A DNA stretch of 64,000 nucleotides from Octopus vulgaris. Taxonomy: Eukaryota. The stretch spans positions 130,572,001 to 130,636,000 of the forward strand of contig OX597818.1 of NCBI GenBank assembly GCA_951406725.2, in the 5' to 3' direction. Every line of letters begins with the position of its first letter. Position 1 is the first letter of the stretch. This document shows positions 25,287 to 41,047 of the stretch, in pieces. Below the pieces are notes generated by a model. That model had not been told where the DNA came from. It ran no database searches and saw only the letters and a program-made list of their open reading frames with translations. The translations under genes and the position numbers were made by a program.

Positions 25287-25480
25287 CTCATGTGTACCGT
25301 TGGCGATTTTTTTCCTCTGTCTTCCCTTCTCGGGATCTTGCCTTCTCCTATGTTTCCGACGAAGAGCTCTACTCGAAACGTTAAACTTCTTTCCTTCTTT
25401 CCTGAGCGTCCAATAATACTATATTTGTTCCACGTCCTCGCGTTGTTGTGTTTTTTTGTGCTTTCTTGTTTGGATTAACT
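25287..25480 (+). mobile_element. Hammerhead-bearing short repeat, copy 2
   Basis: Reverse complement of 1752-1955; gttt-ccgacga-agagctctactc-gaaacgtt-aaac at 25352-25386. Confidence 0.65.
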
Positions 25481-25521
25481 TTATATATATATTTATATAT
25501 ATATAGTAGAATAATAAAAAC

Positions 25522-26120
25522 ACAAGGGGCTGCTGAAAAGTTCCTGGCTTTAAGGGTATCATGAAAGGCCTGGTTAGAGGCCCAATATTCCAAGTTCTTT
25601 TACAGGGCTTAGAAAATCTGATGGACTGCAATAAGTGTGTGAATCTGAGAGGGGAATATCTTTATATATAAAAGAGAAGTTGTGTGTCTGTCTCCTACGA
25701 TTTAGATTCCTAACTACTCCCACATTTTGCGGTGTAGTTTATCTTATAGTTGTGATTCATATCGAGCCCTTCTGGGTATTAGCACGCATCTATGATGAGT
25801 CTACGATTTAAAAAAAAATTTACCATCATTTTTTTCCATTTTAATGCATTTTTTAGCTATTATATAAGGGAAGTAACTCTCTAAAAATGTCTACGATGAG
25901 TCAACGATTTAAAAAAAATTTACCATCATTTTTTCCCTATTTTTAATGCATTTTTTTCCTATTTTTTGGCTATAACTCTCTAAAAATGCTTATATAGTTA
26001 TTTCCCTTACAAACCCGAGCAACGCCGGGCGATACTGCTAGTGTTAAATAAAATCATAATTGAACTGATCCTCTGTATTTTCTTTTACCCAAAGCCAGGA
26101 ACTTTTCAGCACTGCCTCAT
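25522..26120 (+). mobile_element. Non-autonomous mariner-like element hosting a Helitron
   Basis: TIRs gctgaaaagttcctggcttt / aaagccaggaacttttcagc. Confidence 0.8.
25659..26041 (+). mobile_element. Non-autonomous Helitron
   Basis: 5' TC, 3' CTAG, subterminal hairpin cccgagcaacgccggg at 26014-26029, inserted between A and T without TSD; removal restores gggaatatgtt of the paralogous mariner copy. Confidence 0.9.
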
Positions 26121-26300
26121 ATATGTCAGTGTGTGAGCCACTGTGTTTGTATATTTCTCTACTTTAATCTTTAATCTAACCAGTCACAAAGAATAAAAAA
26201 GGGGTGTACCAGTCACTTACATCACAAATATGTAGCAGCTTTTTGGATATAGTGAGAATAGGGTGTTCGTGTATGGGTATGAGTTTGCGTGTGTGTTTGT

Positions 26301-26358
<58 letters not shown>

Positions 26359-26419
26359 GTTTGCAAGTATTTCATTGAATGTGCAAGAACGTGTAGAAGA
26401 TAGATGGTAAAGCACTGCT

Positions 26420-26760
26420 GACGCCACCACCACCATCACCACCACCACCACCATCATCACCACCACCACCACCACCCCCATCACCACCACCACCACCGCA
26501 ACCACCACCATCACCAACACCACCACCACCATCACCACCGCCACAACCACCACCACCACCACCACCACCACCACCACCACCACCACCACCACCACCACCA
26601 CCACCACCACCACCACCATCACCACCACCACCACCACCACCACCACCACCAAAACCACCACCACCACCACCACCACCACCACCACCACCACCACCACCAC
26701 CACCACCACCACCACCACCACCACCACCAGCAACAACAACAACAACAACAACAACAACCA
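26420..26760. repeat. (CCA)n then (CAA)n microsatellite
   Basis: Direct reading. Confidence 0.95.
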
Positions 26761-27395
26761 GATTTAAGCTGCCTATATGCCATACTTTGTAATGAAAATA
26801 AATAAATAAATAAATAAACAAACAAACAAGCAATGAAAAAAAGCAACAACACGCATCCATCGTAACAACATCAACAATAACAAGATCAACAACAGGATCC
26901 TTAAACAGTTTAACTTAAAACAGTTCCAACTAGCTGCAACACAAACCCTTTCCCTAATATACAACGCAAATATGAGCACACAAACAGACACACACATATA
27001 AATACATAAACACACACACACATATATATATATATGTATATATACACATACACAGCACCATTCCTTATCTGCATATGGTGCACTTTGAAAGTTCTGCTCT
27101 TGATAATGGTTGAATAATGCACTTTTCCATCGGCTGCAACAGAGTTTAAACAGTTGATGTAGTTCTGAGTCTTTTTTATCTTGTGATTGGTATCTTTCTG
27201 TGCACCACCACCACCACCACCACCACCATCACCACAACCAATACCATCACTATCTGCAACACCGCCAGCGCCTTATTTCTACACTCGTTCTCACATACAT
27301 ACTTGCACATGCACACACATACAGAGACACATTCATGCACACACATACACACACACATATATATACATATAAATATGTATATATATATACATATA

Positions 27396-27559
<164 letters not shown>

Positions 27560-28002
27560 CACATGAATGCTTGTTAACGCATTCAAATGTTTACTAACAC
27601 AAGCACTGCATACAGATATAAGCATGCATGACATTCTCTCTATAAATGTATACACATGTTCACACACATATATACACATACACCCAAAATAAGCTCACAC
27701 ATACATGCACACAGAATACTCGTCCACTTTTCCACAGCACCCAGTCACACACAAACATGCATATACCCACATATACACACAAACATAACTACTTGTTTTC
27801 TCTCTCTGTTCCTCCCTTTGCTACATAAATACAAACACAGATATATAGGCCCAGGTGTGGCTGCGTGGTAAGATGTTTCTTCCCTAACAACAGGGTTTTG
27901 GGTTCAGTTCCACTGCATGACACCTTGGGCAAGTGCCATCTACTATAGCTTTAAGTCGACCAGTGCCTTGTGAGTGGATTTGGTAGGCAGAAACTGAAAG
28001 AA

Positions 28003-28229
28003 GGTGGCAAGCTGGCAGAAGCGTTAGCACGCCGGATGAAATGTTTAGCAGTATTTCATCTGTCTTTACGTTCTGAGTTCAAATTCTATCGAGGTCAACT
28101 TTGCCTTTCATCCTTTCGGGTTCGATTAAATAAGTACCAGTTACGCACTAGGGTCGATGTAATCAACTTAATCCCTTTGTCCTTGTTTGTCCTCTCTATG
28201 TTTAGCCCCTTGTGGGCAATAAAGAAATA
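28003..28229 (+). mobile_element. SINE B nested in a SINE A-like head (27847-28255)
   Basis: 14-bp TSD agaaactgaaagaa at 27989-28002 and 28230-28243. Confidence 0.9.
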
Positions 28230-29165
28230 AGAAACTGAAAGAATCCCATTGTGTGGGGTGTGTGTATCTTAATTCTTCATCTTTTACTTGTTTCAGTCAT
28301 TAGACTGTGGCCATACTGGGGCACCACCTGGAAGAATCTTAGCTGAAAAAATCGACCCCAGGACTTTTTTTTTATGCTTGCTACTTATTTTATTGGTCTC
28401 TTTTACCAAAATGCTAAGTTACAGGAATATAAACACACCAACACCAGTTGTGAAGCAGTGAAGGGAAACAAGTATATACAGACACTGACACAAAATAAAA
28501 CTTGGAAAAGGATGTGTGGCGTTCGATCATATAGGAATATAATTAATATATAAATATATGCATATATACATACATATATGTACATACCTACATATATATG
28601 TATATATACATGTATATATGGGTACAGGACATAAAAAAAAATGTTGAACACAATGAGAAACAAAAACATAAATACAAAATCATAGAAAAAACTTTTTTTG
28701 AACAACGAAAAATAGAGAAACGAGACATGCAACATAAAGAATATTCCCCATATATATATATATATACATATATTTATATATACGTACATATATGTATATA
28801 TATTTATATGTAGTGAAATCTATGTCCAGTCATAAAATGACCAATGGTTTTGCATCCACAAAGGATGTGTTGTTCACATGGATTTGTCGTCAAACACTGA
28901 AGCTGAAGACAAATGTAACTCTTCACTTCTGGGAGGCAGGAATCTGTCGTCGTCATTTGGTCACCAAAGAATAAATACCCACAAGCATATCTTAAGTGGA
29001 CGTTCTGTCAGAACGTCCACTAAAAAGTGAACGTTCTGTTGGAACAAATTATGCTGTGGTAGATAATATCATGAGAGAAACTGTCACATTGGCTTTTGGT
29101 GCAAAATGCACTCTGTTTATATCGCTAGCAGGAGAGATAAATCTCTACCATCTCCAATGCCGAGA

Positions 29166-29242
<77 letters not shown>

Positions 29243-29702
29243 TCCTTCTTTAATGAACCCTTTCCACCTCTTCTCCACGGTCAGTCACCTCAGATAAGAA
29301 CTCGTTTATTTCAACATACTTTTTTTCCTTGATTGATTTCATTCAGATATTTTACATCCCTCAACACTTTTTCCTTCTACTCTTTATTCCCTTTCATACA
29401 TATAATATTATAATCCTCTTCATCTTATATATTGCCTATTCCTCTCCCCCACACACACCTCCTCCTTTGCTTCTTCCTCCTCATTTATGTTATTTTTTTA
29501 TTATTTAAATCAATCTCTCTTTAGCATCTACGTCTCATTCACTTCTTCTTTCCCCTCTTCAATATCTTACAGTCATTTCATAACTTCTTCTTTTCATGAT
29601 TTGGTGTCTTTTAATTTTTATTACCATATATTCTTTATTTTATTTTCCTAATGTATGTATATACTGATATATATATATATATATATATATAAATACATAT
29701 AC

Positions 29703-29808
<106 letters not shown>

Positions 29809-30189
29809 ATATATGCATATATATATGCATCATCATCATCATCATCATCGTTTAGCGTCCGTTTTCCATGCTAGCATGTATATATATATATATATATATG
29901 CATATATATATATATATATACACACACATATACATACATACATACACACACACACACATGCATATATATATATATATGTTCCTTTGCTTTTCCAGTTGAA
30001 GACAATCATGGGAATTTCTGAACGGAGAATCTATGCTAACGAGCTCAAGTGGAGTGGGTGAAAGTGGTGTGTGGAGAGGTGCAGAGTGAATTTGAGTGGA
30101 GCAGGGAAAAACAATGTGTGTATGTGTGCATATGTGTGTGTTTGCATATGTGTGCATGTGTGTGTGTGTGCATATGCATATTTATATGT

Positions 30190-30220
<31 letters not shown>

Positions 30221-30225
30221 CCTAC

Positions 30226-30284
<59 letters not shown>

Positions 30285-30292
30285 CCTACCTG

Positions 30293-30385
<93 letters not shown>

Positions 30386-30392
30386 TTATCTA
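30190..30392. repeat. (TCTA)n/(TCTG)n microsatellite
   Basis: Direct reading. Confidence 0.95.
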
Positions 30393-30460
30393 GGTGTGTG
30401 TTTATATATATTATTTAATCCCATGTCCGCATAAAAACCAGGCGTTAAATGATGATGATG

Positions 30461-30496
<36 letters not shown>

Positions 30497-30791
30497 TTAT
30501 GTGTATCATATACATATATTCATGCATGTATGTGACATATAGGTATGTGTATGCATGCATATGTACATGCATTATGTTACTGGTGGTTGTAACAATGTTA
30601 GTTGTGAGGCTGGTGGTTGTAGTTGTGGTGGTGGTAGTGGTGGTTGTAGTTGTGGTGGTCATGGTTCCTGAGAATCATAAAAGTCAAGCTATTTAACTTG
30701 AGACTAGTAATAGTAGGGCGATCAGCTACAAGTACATCCACTAAAACCACGTACAAGGAGGCAAAAGCCATGGGAGAGAAGGAGAGAGAAT

Positions 30792-30840
<49 letters not shown>

Positions 30841-31163
30841 GCAGTGAGAGAAGTATATATATAGATAGATCAATAGAGACGTTGACGGAGAGACTGAGAA
30901 ATAGAGACAGAGATGTTGGATAAGAAAGAAAGTAGAGAACAAAATGTAAGCAAAATAATAAAAGATAAAAAAACCCCACAAAACCTGGAAATAAAAGAAT
31001 AAAGATTATAAAACAACCGATGAACAAGTGGGAGCAAATTGCCTACTTTTTTCTTTTTATTTGTGTATAATGCCACATTCATACACAGATGTATACACAT
31101 ACACACATACAATTGAGTGTGTGTATGTCGATGGACAAGTGTGTGTGTATGTGAACTTATATA

Positions 31164-31196
<33 letters not shown>

Positions 31197-31563
31197 ACAT
31201 ATATTTACATAGAAAGGTATATAATGTATATATTTGAAGTACGTGCCACAGACACACATACAATTGAATGTGTGTATGTGAACTTATGTGTGTGTGTGTG
31301 TGTGTGTGTGTGCACATATATTTACATAGAAAGGTATATAATGTATGTACTTGAAGTATGTGCATTTATGTTACACACACACACACATATATATGCACAC
31401 ACATATATGCACACATATATATATTTATTTATTCACCTACTTATATTAATGTTTTGCTACTTATGGACCTGCAAATATATATTTATGTAGTATTTACATA
31501 GTATTTTAAGTAAATCATACAAATAAAGGCAATATTTCCAAGTAGATAAACACACACACACAC

Positions 31564-31623
<60 letters not shown>

Positions 31624-31769
31624 ACATACACATACACATATCAAATACATGCATGCATACACCGAAATGTGCATTTTTGTATGTATGTGCATATACAACA
31701 ATACACACCCATGCACACACACACATGTGCATATAAACAGAGAGGGACTTATTTATATGTATGTATCTA

Positions 31770-32181
31770 TAGGCGCAGGAGTGGCAGTGTGGTAAGTAGC
31801 TTGTTTACCAACCACATGGTTTTGGGTTCAGTCCCACTGCATGGCACCTTGAGCAAGTGTCTTCTACTATAGCCTCGGGCCAACCAAAGCCTTGTGAGTG
31901 GATTTGGTAGACGGAAACTGAAAGAAGCCCTTCGTATATATATACATATATATATACTTTATTTAAAGCAGCAGAAAATTCAACAAAACCTGTTACTCTG
32001 AGTTTCCTGTTGCCGTTCATCGAACAGTTTCTAGCAAAAACTGTCCGATGAATGGCAACGGGAAACTCAGAGTAACAGGTTTTGTTGAATTTTCTGCTGC
32101 TTTAAATAAAGCATATTACTCTACCACTAGTATTTGAGTACTCTTTTTTTCCACCTTGTCACACATTTCTGTGTTTACACC

Positions 32182-32235
<54 letters not shown>

Positions 32236-32455
32236 TGTGTGTGTTTGTGTGTCTGTGTTTTTCCCCCTAGCATTGCTTGACAACCGATGCTGGTGTGTTT
32301 ATGTCCCTGTTACTTACCGGTTCGGCAAAAGAGACCGATAGAATAAGTACTGGGCTTACAAAAGAATAAGACCCGGGTTCGAGTTGCTTGATTAAAGGCA
32401 GTGCTCCAGCATGGCCACAGTCAGATGACTGAAACAAGTAAAAGAGTAAAAGAGT
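31770..32455 (+). mobile_element. SINE A with a fold-back insert (31954-32185) in its central (TA)n
   Basis: Family A head and tail separated by a ~160 bp palindrome plus a short extension. Confidence 0.9.
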
Positions 32456-33082
32456 ATATGTATATTTATGTACATGTATGTATATTTATGTATAGGAAGT
32501 GACTTTTCCCAGAAAAATCCTAATGCTTGATTCTAACAGTTGCATTGACTTAAGACATAGTCAAGTCAGCTATTATGTGTTGCCCACTGAAGGAGGAGGA
32601 AGAGGAAGAGAGGTGGAGGAAGGGAGAAGGAGGAAGGTAGGAGGAGGGATGGGAGGATGAACTGGAGGAGGAGGAGGTGCAGCAGAGGTAGCAGCAATGA
32701 AAACATATGAGAGAGGTACAGTGGATTTGAACTCCTGAACCTTGAATTGGGCAGTTATCCAACACCCTCACCCCATTTGACTATTTCTATCCATCAAGAG
32801 CTCTATATTCTTGCTAAATCAGTTTCTGATACCCCCATGAAGAAATAAATGGAACCTTCAGAAGTGGGGGATAGTTCTGTGAGGGAGAATAAGTCAGAGG
32901 AGGAAAGATGAAGTTTGTATGTGTGCACTATTCTGAGTTAAGAAACTAAAGGACACATTAAACCGTATACAAATATACCCTTAAAAATATGGATTGGCTA
33001 TAGCTGAGTTGTTTTTTTATTATAGATCTGCTTTACCAGAATGGCTAACTTGGAATGAAACAACAATTTACCTGGACAAAGC

Positions 33083-33139
<57 letters not shown>

Positions 33140-33400
33140 CTAATAATAATGATAATAATAATGATAATAATGATAATAATAATAATAACAACAACAACAA
33201 CAATAATAACAATAATAATAATAATAATGCAGAACATGGATTTTTGTCAGTGAACACGTCGCAGTCTTAGAGTGACGAAAATATTTTGACAAATTAAACT
33301 TAAATGTTGAAGTGAATCGAACGGCTTTCACGCTGCAATTGTTTTCGTTTCAGCACAATTGTTTCATTTCAAATCACTTGCTATGCAAGTACATCTCCGA

Positions 33401-33486
<86 letters not shown>

Positions 33487-33488
<2 letters not shown>

Positions 33489-34044
33489 GCCCTGATGCAG
33501 TACCAGGCAGTAGCTCTCATGGCTTCTGATCTTTACTGATTGGAAGTGTTATCATGTACATTGTTTTGTCTTGGTATAAAAGATGGGCTACAGCAAATAT
33601 TCTGTTCAATACCACAGATTTGCTTGTTAGTTGTTTGACCTTAACCAGTTGAGCATGTCCCTTAGTGGCTGATGATATGTGTCATCTCTGATCATGAGCA
33701 GAAGTAGTGGGGGAGCATCATAGCCATATGTTGAGAGGGATCCTTGGGGGTTTGGATAATTTACCTCTGGAAACATGGGTGTTTCATTCAGCATCCTTGA
33801 ACAACCCTTATTCAGGGACCTTTTGAGCAGGATGGGCTACTCAACCAGAAGAAAATTCTAACTGGGCCTCACCTGCAAAGTCATGCACTATTTATCATGA
33901 TATGAGATCACCATGTTGCGCACATATGGTTGTGATGCATGTACCTGGTTTACCCTTATCAGACAAGTACTCATGATGGGTATATTGGGTTTCTTATATT
34001 TTACTCCAGTGTCACTTTGATGGCATGCATTGTTCTCTCGCTCA
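33487..34044. mobile_element. Non-coding ~560 bp element inserted in (TAA)n, unclassified
   Basis: Sharp boundaries against (AAT)n on the left and aat-(ACT)n on the right; no ORF. Confidence 0.55.
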
Positions 34045-34045
34045 A

Positions 34046-34085
<40 letters not shown>

Positions 34086-34156
34086 TCCACCACCACCACC
34101 ACCACTACTACTACTACTTCTACTATTACCACCACCACCACTACCACCACCACTAT

Positions 34157-34192
<36 letters not shown>

Positions 34193-34256
34193 CACTACTA
34201 CTACTACTTCTACTATTACCACCACCACCACCACCACCACCACCACCACCACCACT

Positions 34257-34312
<56 letters not shown>

Positions 34313-34313
34313 G

Positions 34314-34344
<31 letters not shown>

Positions 34345-35092
34345 ATAATAATGATAATAAGGCTGTTGGTAGTAAGCCTGTTATGCATGTAAACCTCCAG
34401 GAGCTACAGCAAAATCTTTTATAAAAGGAAATGATAAAATTACAGAAGTAAAATGCAAAACAAAATAAGATGTTATTGAATGGTTATCGGTTTCACATGG
34501 AATGAAGTTTATACTAAATTAGGATTCTAAATTTGAAAGCCATAAGGAGAGTAAAGGCATTAACTGTTTCTTGGGAATTGTCACTATATCTGAGTTTGGA
34601 TACTGAGTTTGAAGGCCATAAGGTGTAAAAGAAAGCATCAATTGTTTCTTTGTGAGAGAGTAAACAAACTTTTGTTTTACTTTCTGTTTCAAATGTAGGA
34701 GAAAAATGGGGCCACTTCCATTGGACATAGCAGAGAGTATCTCCATTTAATTATCTTCATCAGATAATGATAATTATCTTCAACAGAAAATGATGACTTA
34801 AGCAAAATAGCTGAATGTCATGAGCCTAGGTCTCCTTCTGCTTCTGTTCTGATGATAACTGAGACTTCTCATCTCTTTCCCAACCTGTTCCCAATCCCAA
34901 TCTGTCCCCAATCCCGATAGTCAAAAAAAAAAAAAAGGATACAAAGTTTTAGAACCTCTGAGAAATGACTATGTATACATACACATATAAATATATATGT
35001 GTGTGTGTATATGTGTATGTATGTATGTATGTATGGCTGCTCTTTCTAGTGGGTCGAATGTCCTATTATGGCCATTCCTTATATTGTTGAAT

Positions 35093-35123
<31 letters not shown>

Positions 35124-35940
35124 ATTTATATTTACATACACACACACACATATATATATATATTATATATGGCTGTTTGATAGTCAGAGAATGATTGCAG
35201 TGTGAACCAAGTGACATTGTGGGAACTAGATTATATCCAAAGAGTCGGAGGAATAAGGAAGCATCCATCATTCATTGTTCCCTAACAAGAAGAAGCCTCA
35301 CAATTCATTTGCGACAAAGCTTGTGTTTGCCTAGCTTTTGATGGCTTTTGTAAGGTCTCAAATATATTCAAATCTTATGTGTGATTGCATCAGTGATTTG
35401 GTAGGGTCAAACTAGACAACACACTTGAAACTAATCTTCTATGTAATAATTAGTAATAACATAAATAACAGGGATTTTCATACAACTGTGAATAGCAAAG
35501 TTAACCACAGTAGGATTTGAAGTCAGGCTGTAAAGGGAGGTAATTAGATATAATTAAACGGTTTCTTATTTAGGTACAAAGACAACAATTTCGAGGGGAT
35601 GGGCTTATTTGATTATATCCATTACAGTACTTGACTGATATTTTATTCTATTGATCCTAGAAAGAGGAAAAGCAAAGTTGACAGTGGCAAAATTTGAACT
35701 CAGAATGTAAAGAGTCAGAAGAAATACCACAAAGAATTTCTTTCCTATGCTCCAATCCAATGTTTCCCAACCTATTTTCCCCCTTGCCCCCCCCCCCCCG
35801 CCCCATAACTCTCCAGAAAAATGTAATTATAAATTACTTGTTGATTCTAAAATATAACATTTTGCCATCCTTATGTTAAAAATCTTCATTTGTCTCATAC
35901 AGTTTAAGATCACCTCCATCAATCCCTTGGGTGCTTATAA

Positions 35941-36800
35941 GGTACCAGTTACGCACTGGGGGTCAATGAAATCGACTTAATCCCTTTGTCTGTCCCCTCT
36001 ATGTTTAGCCCCTTGTGGGCTATAAAGAAATAAGAAATTAGGCTTCTCAAAACCAGAAAGGAGAAAGCTGATTTGAAGACTTATAGATTCAAGCCATCAC
36101 GTTACAGTTCACATCTAGTGAACTGTAAAAATCTGTAAAACTTTCCAGAAAATTGAGCGACTCAAGGAGACCTGAATTCAGATCAGGTCTCCTTGAGTCG
36201 CATAAATTTTCAGCTGATGGTTTCAGGTTCAGTCCCAGTGCACAGCACTTTGGGCAGTTGTATTCTACTATAGCCCCAGGCTGAACAATGTCTTATGAGT
36301 TAATATAGGAGACATAAACAGTGTAGAAGGCAGTTGTATCTGGGCTGTATGGTAAGGTATTTTTGTTCGTATGTATGTCATCATTCGGTTTTATTTCAAG
36401 ATTTCTAGCCAACAGTGAAAGTGCCTCTTTCTAACGTTGATCCAAGGCTCCTTCATTGGAATTTCAACATCAACAGAGTATTTTTGTATATATGTATGTA
36501 TACGTGCAGATCTGTATGCTTTGTTTTATGTATGTATTCTCATGCATGTAGTTGCTTGTGTAGTCATACTCATATATACGTAAATGATAAACTTCTGGAA
36601 AGTTTTACAGATTTTTACAGTTCCCTAGATGTGAACTGTAATGTGATGGCTTGAATCTATAGTCTTCAAATCAGCTTTCTCCTTTCTGGTTTTGAGAAGC
36701 CTAATTTCTTATTTCTTTATTGCCCACAAGGGGCTAAACATAGAGGGGACAGACAAAGGGATTAAGTCGATTACATCGACTCCAATGCATAACTGGTATT
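35941..36800. repeat. Inverted duplication, arms 35941-36150 and 36593-36800
   Basis: ttctggaaagttttacagatttttacag...gcataactggta is the reverse complement of the left arm. Confidence 0.9.
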
Positions 36801-37117
36801 TAATTTATCGACCCCAAAAGGATGAAAGGCAAAGTCAACGTCGGCGGAATTTGAACTCAGAACATAACGGCAGACAAAATACCCATTTCTTTATTACCCA
36901 CAAGGGGCTAAACACAGAGGGGACAAACAAGAACAGGCATAGGTATTAAGTCGATTACATCGACCCCAGTGTGTAACTAGTATTTAATTTATCGACCCCG
37001 AAAGGATGAAAGGAAAAGTCAACCTCAGCGGAATTTGAACTCAGAACATAACGGCAGACAAAATACCGCTAAGCATTTCGCCCGGCGTGCTAACAATTCT
37101 GCCAGCTCACCACATTT
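36710..37117 (-). mobile_element. SINE B dimer with 14-bp TSD
   Basis: TSD gaagcctaatttct at 36696-36709 and 37121-37134. Confidence 0.9.
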
Positions 37118-38099
37118 TCTGAAGCCTAATTTCTGAAGATTGATATTTATGCAGTGTGTTACTTAACCCAGTGCCCCAATAATTATAGGTATAAATCTGA
37201 ACTTATAATCTGGATAGAGTAATTGCAGATTTCTCAATAGTTCAGCATAGGTATCCTCTTTTTTGCTGATCTTTAGCTTTATGTTAACGTTTGCTGGGCA
37301 GCTGATTTCCAGAACTTTACAAATTTCTCTTCTTTATCCCAAATCATTATGTCAGGTCTATTGTGCTTACATTTTATTGAGATTTGTTTATGCATTTATG
37401 TATATATGTATGTATTATGTATGCATGTATGTAGGAATGCATGTATGTATGTATGTATGTATGTATCTATCTATCTATGTATCTATGTATCTATGTATGT
37501 ATTCATGTATGTTTGAAGAGGTCTATGTATGCATGTATGATTGTGTGACCATGTTTGTTGCAAGACAGAGAGAGATAGAGACTGGAAGAAGGGCTAAATT
37601 AACTTTCACAGAATTTTAGATGGTCAGTTGGTGAAAATGATGTCCTCTTTCATACTCAAGTCATTGTGGGTATCTCTACATGGTTAAGTCATCTGCTAGA
37701 AATAGCAGCTAAGTTCCCCCACCACCACAATCATCAACAAGCAATCACTCTCTAGCATTTTTGAAAAATGTAAATAAAAGGAAAGGTCACATACATTTGA
37801 TAACACAGTGACAAATGCCCAGAAAAAGACAAGATGGACATGTCTGGGATACTTCTTGATCATAGGTTTGCTGAATCAGTACTGACCTAGGGTTAAAAAA
37901 AAACAACAACAACTCTTATGTATGCATCCTCTGTTTGAGTTGAAACATGAGGTGTTCCTCCTTTGGCATATCAGTAGATGCTTGACACTGATAGAGATCA
38001 ATAATACCTCAATCAGTTATGAGTGATTGCTAATTATGGATCTATTAAAACACTATCTCATCTGGAAATCATTTTTCTCTAATACTGCATGCTTGCTTC

Positions 38100-40010
<1,911 letters not shown>

Positions 40011-40703
40011 TGTATTTCTTTCTGATTCAACAATTTACAAAAATGAAAAGTAAAAAAATATTCATACAACAAAAAATAATTTTGAAATGCACTTTTGCGT
40101 AGGATGAGAAAATGTTTACGTTGTTTGATGTTTAGATTAGAATTGGGTTTTAATCACAAGGTGTTATCAGTGTGGGTTAATTACTGAAATAATGAACAGC
40201 AAGAGTAGGAATGTTTCAGGCACTGGACTAAATGCATGACGTAACTTAGTTTTGCCCATTTCTGTATTTGGAATTTCATTGGCGTTGACTTCACCATTCA
40301 TTTCTAAACACACATTTGATAATACAACAACAGCAAATATAACATCAATAAGAATAACAATGATAATAATATTTATTATTTCAAATTTTCGCCACAAAGG
40401 TAGCCTGTAGGAGGTGGGAATGAGTCGATTACATCAACCCCAGTGTTTCACTGGTACTTAATTTGTTCACTTTGAAAGGATGAAATGCAAAGTCCATTAT
40501 GGTGGAATTTGAACTCAGAATGTAAAGACATGAAATATTGCTAAACATTTTGCCTGGCATGCTAAGGATTCTGCTAGCTCACTGCCTTAATAATAATGAT
40601 AATAACAATAAAGACAGACGTACTGTTGAAATATCATTCAACTAATAAAATATCTTACAATCGAATCTTTCTCTTCGTCTTGACTGTCTTAATAATAATA
40701 ATG

Positions 40704-40736
<33 letters not shown>

Positions 40737-40738
<2 letters not shown>

Positions 40739-40986
40739 TCCTATCATAGTAGGTGCATTAGGCATGATAAAAAAATATTCAGACAAATACATAACAAAAA
40801 CACCAGGACTTACAAACACATATAACATACAGAAAATTGCACTACTAGGCACTGCACACATCCTACGCAGAACACTTTCCATACAATAACCATCAGAGCA
40901 TCACAACAAATCACAGCACATACCCAAGGCACAAAGAGCTGTGCTCGGTAGTGAAGTGAAAGCACGCTATAAAAATAAAACTACTG
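40737..40986 (+). mobile_element. R4/Dong-like LINE 3' end in (TAA)n
   Basis: IPIIVGALGMIKK...QKIALLGTAHILRRTLSIQ* plus 3' UTR; close match to 47679-48008. Confidence 0.88.
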
Positions 40987-41002
40987 AATAATAATAATAA
41001 TA

Positions 41003-41047
<45 letters not shown>

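Noticed and set aside
26372-26860. Gly-rich structural protein ORF
   Set aside because: (GGT)n microsatellite open in several frames; no signal peptide or splice evidence
28620-28750. Further (TA)n-bounded insert as a hammerhead element
   Set aside because: No core motif visible in this copy
28809-28983. Solo LTR (TG...AATAAA...CA)
   Set aside because: No matching TSD and no second copy in the window
33939-34424. Mucin-like poly-Thr ORF
   Set aside because: (ACT/ACC)n microsatellite open in multiple frames
34519-34746. 75-aa ORF in unique sequence
   Set aside because: No recognisable domain; the repeated KKQLM reflects a small local duplication
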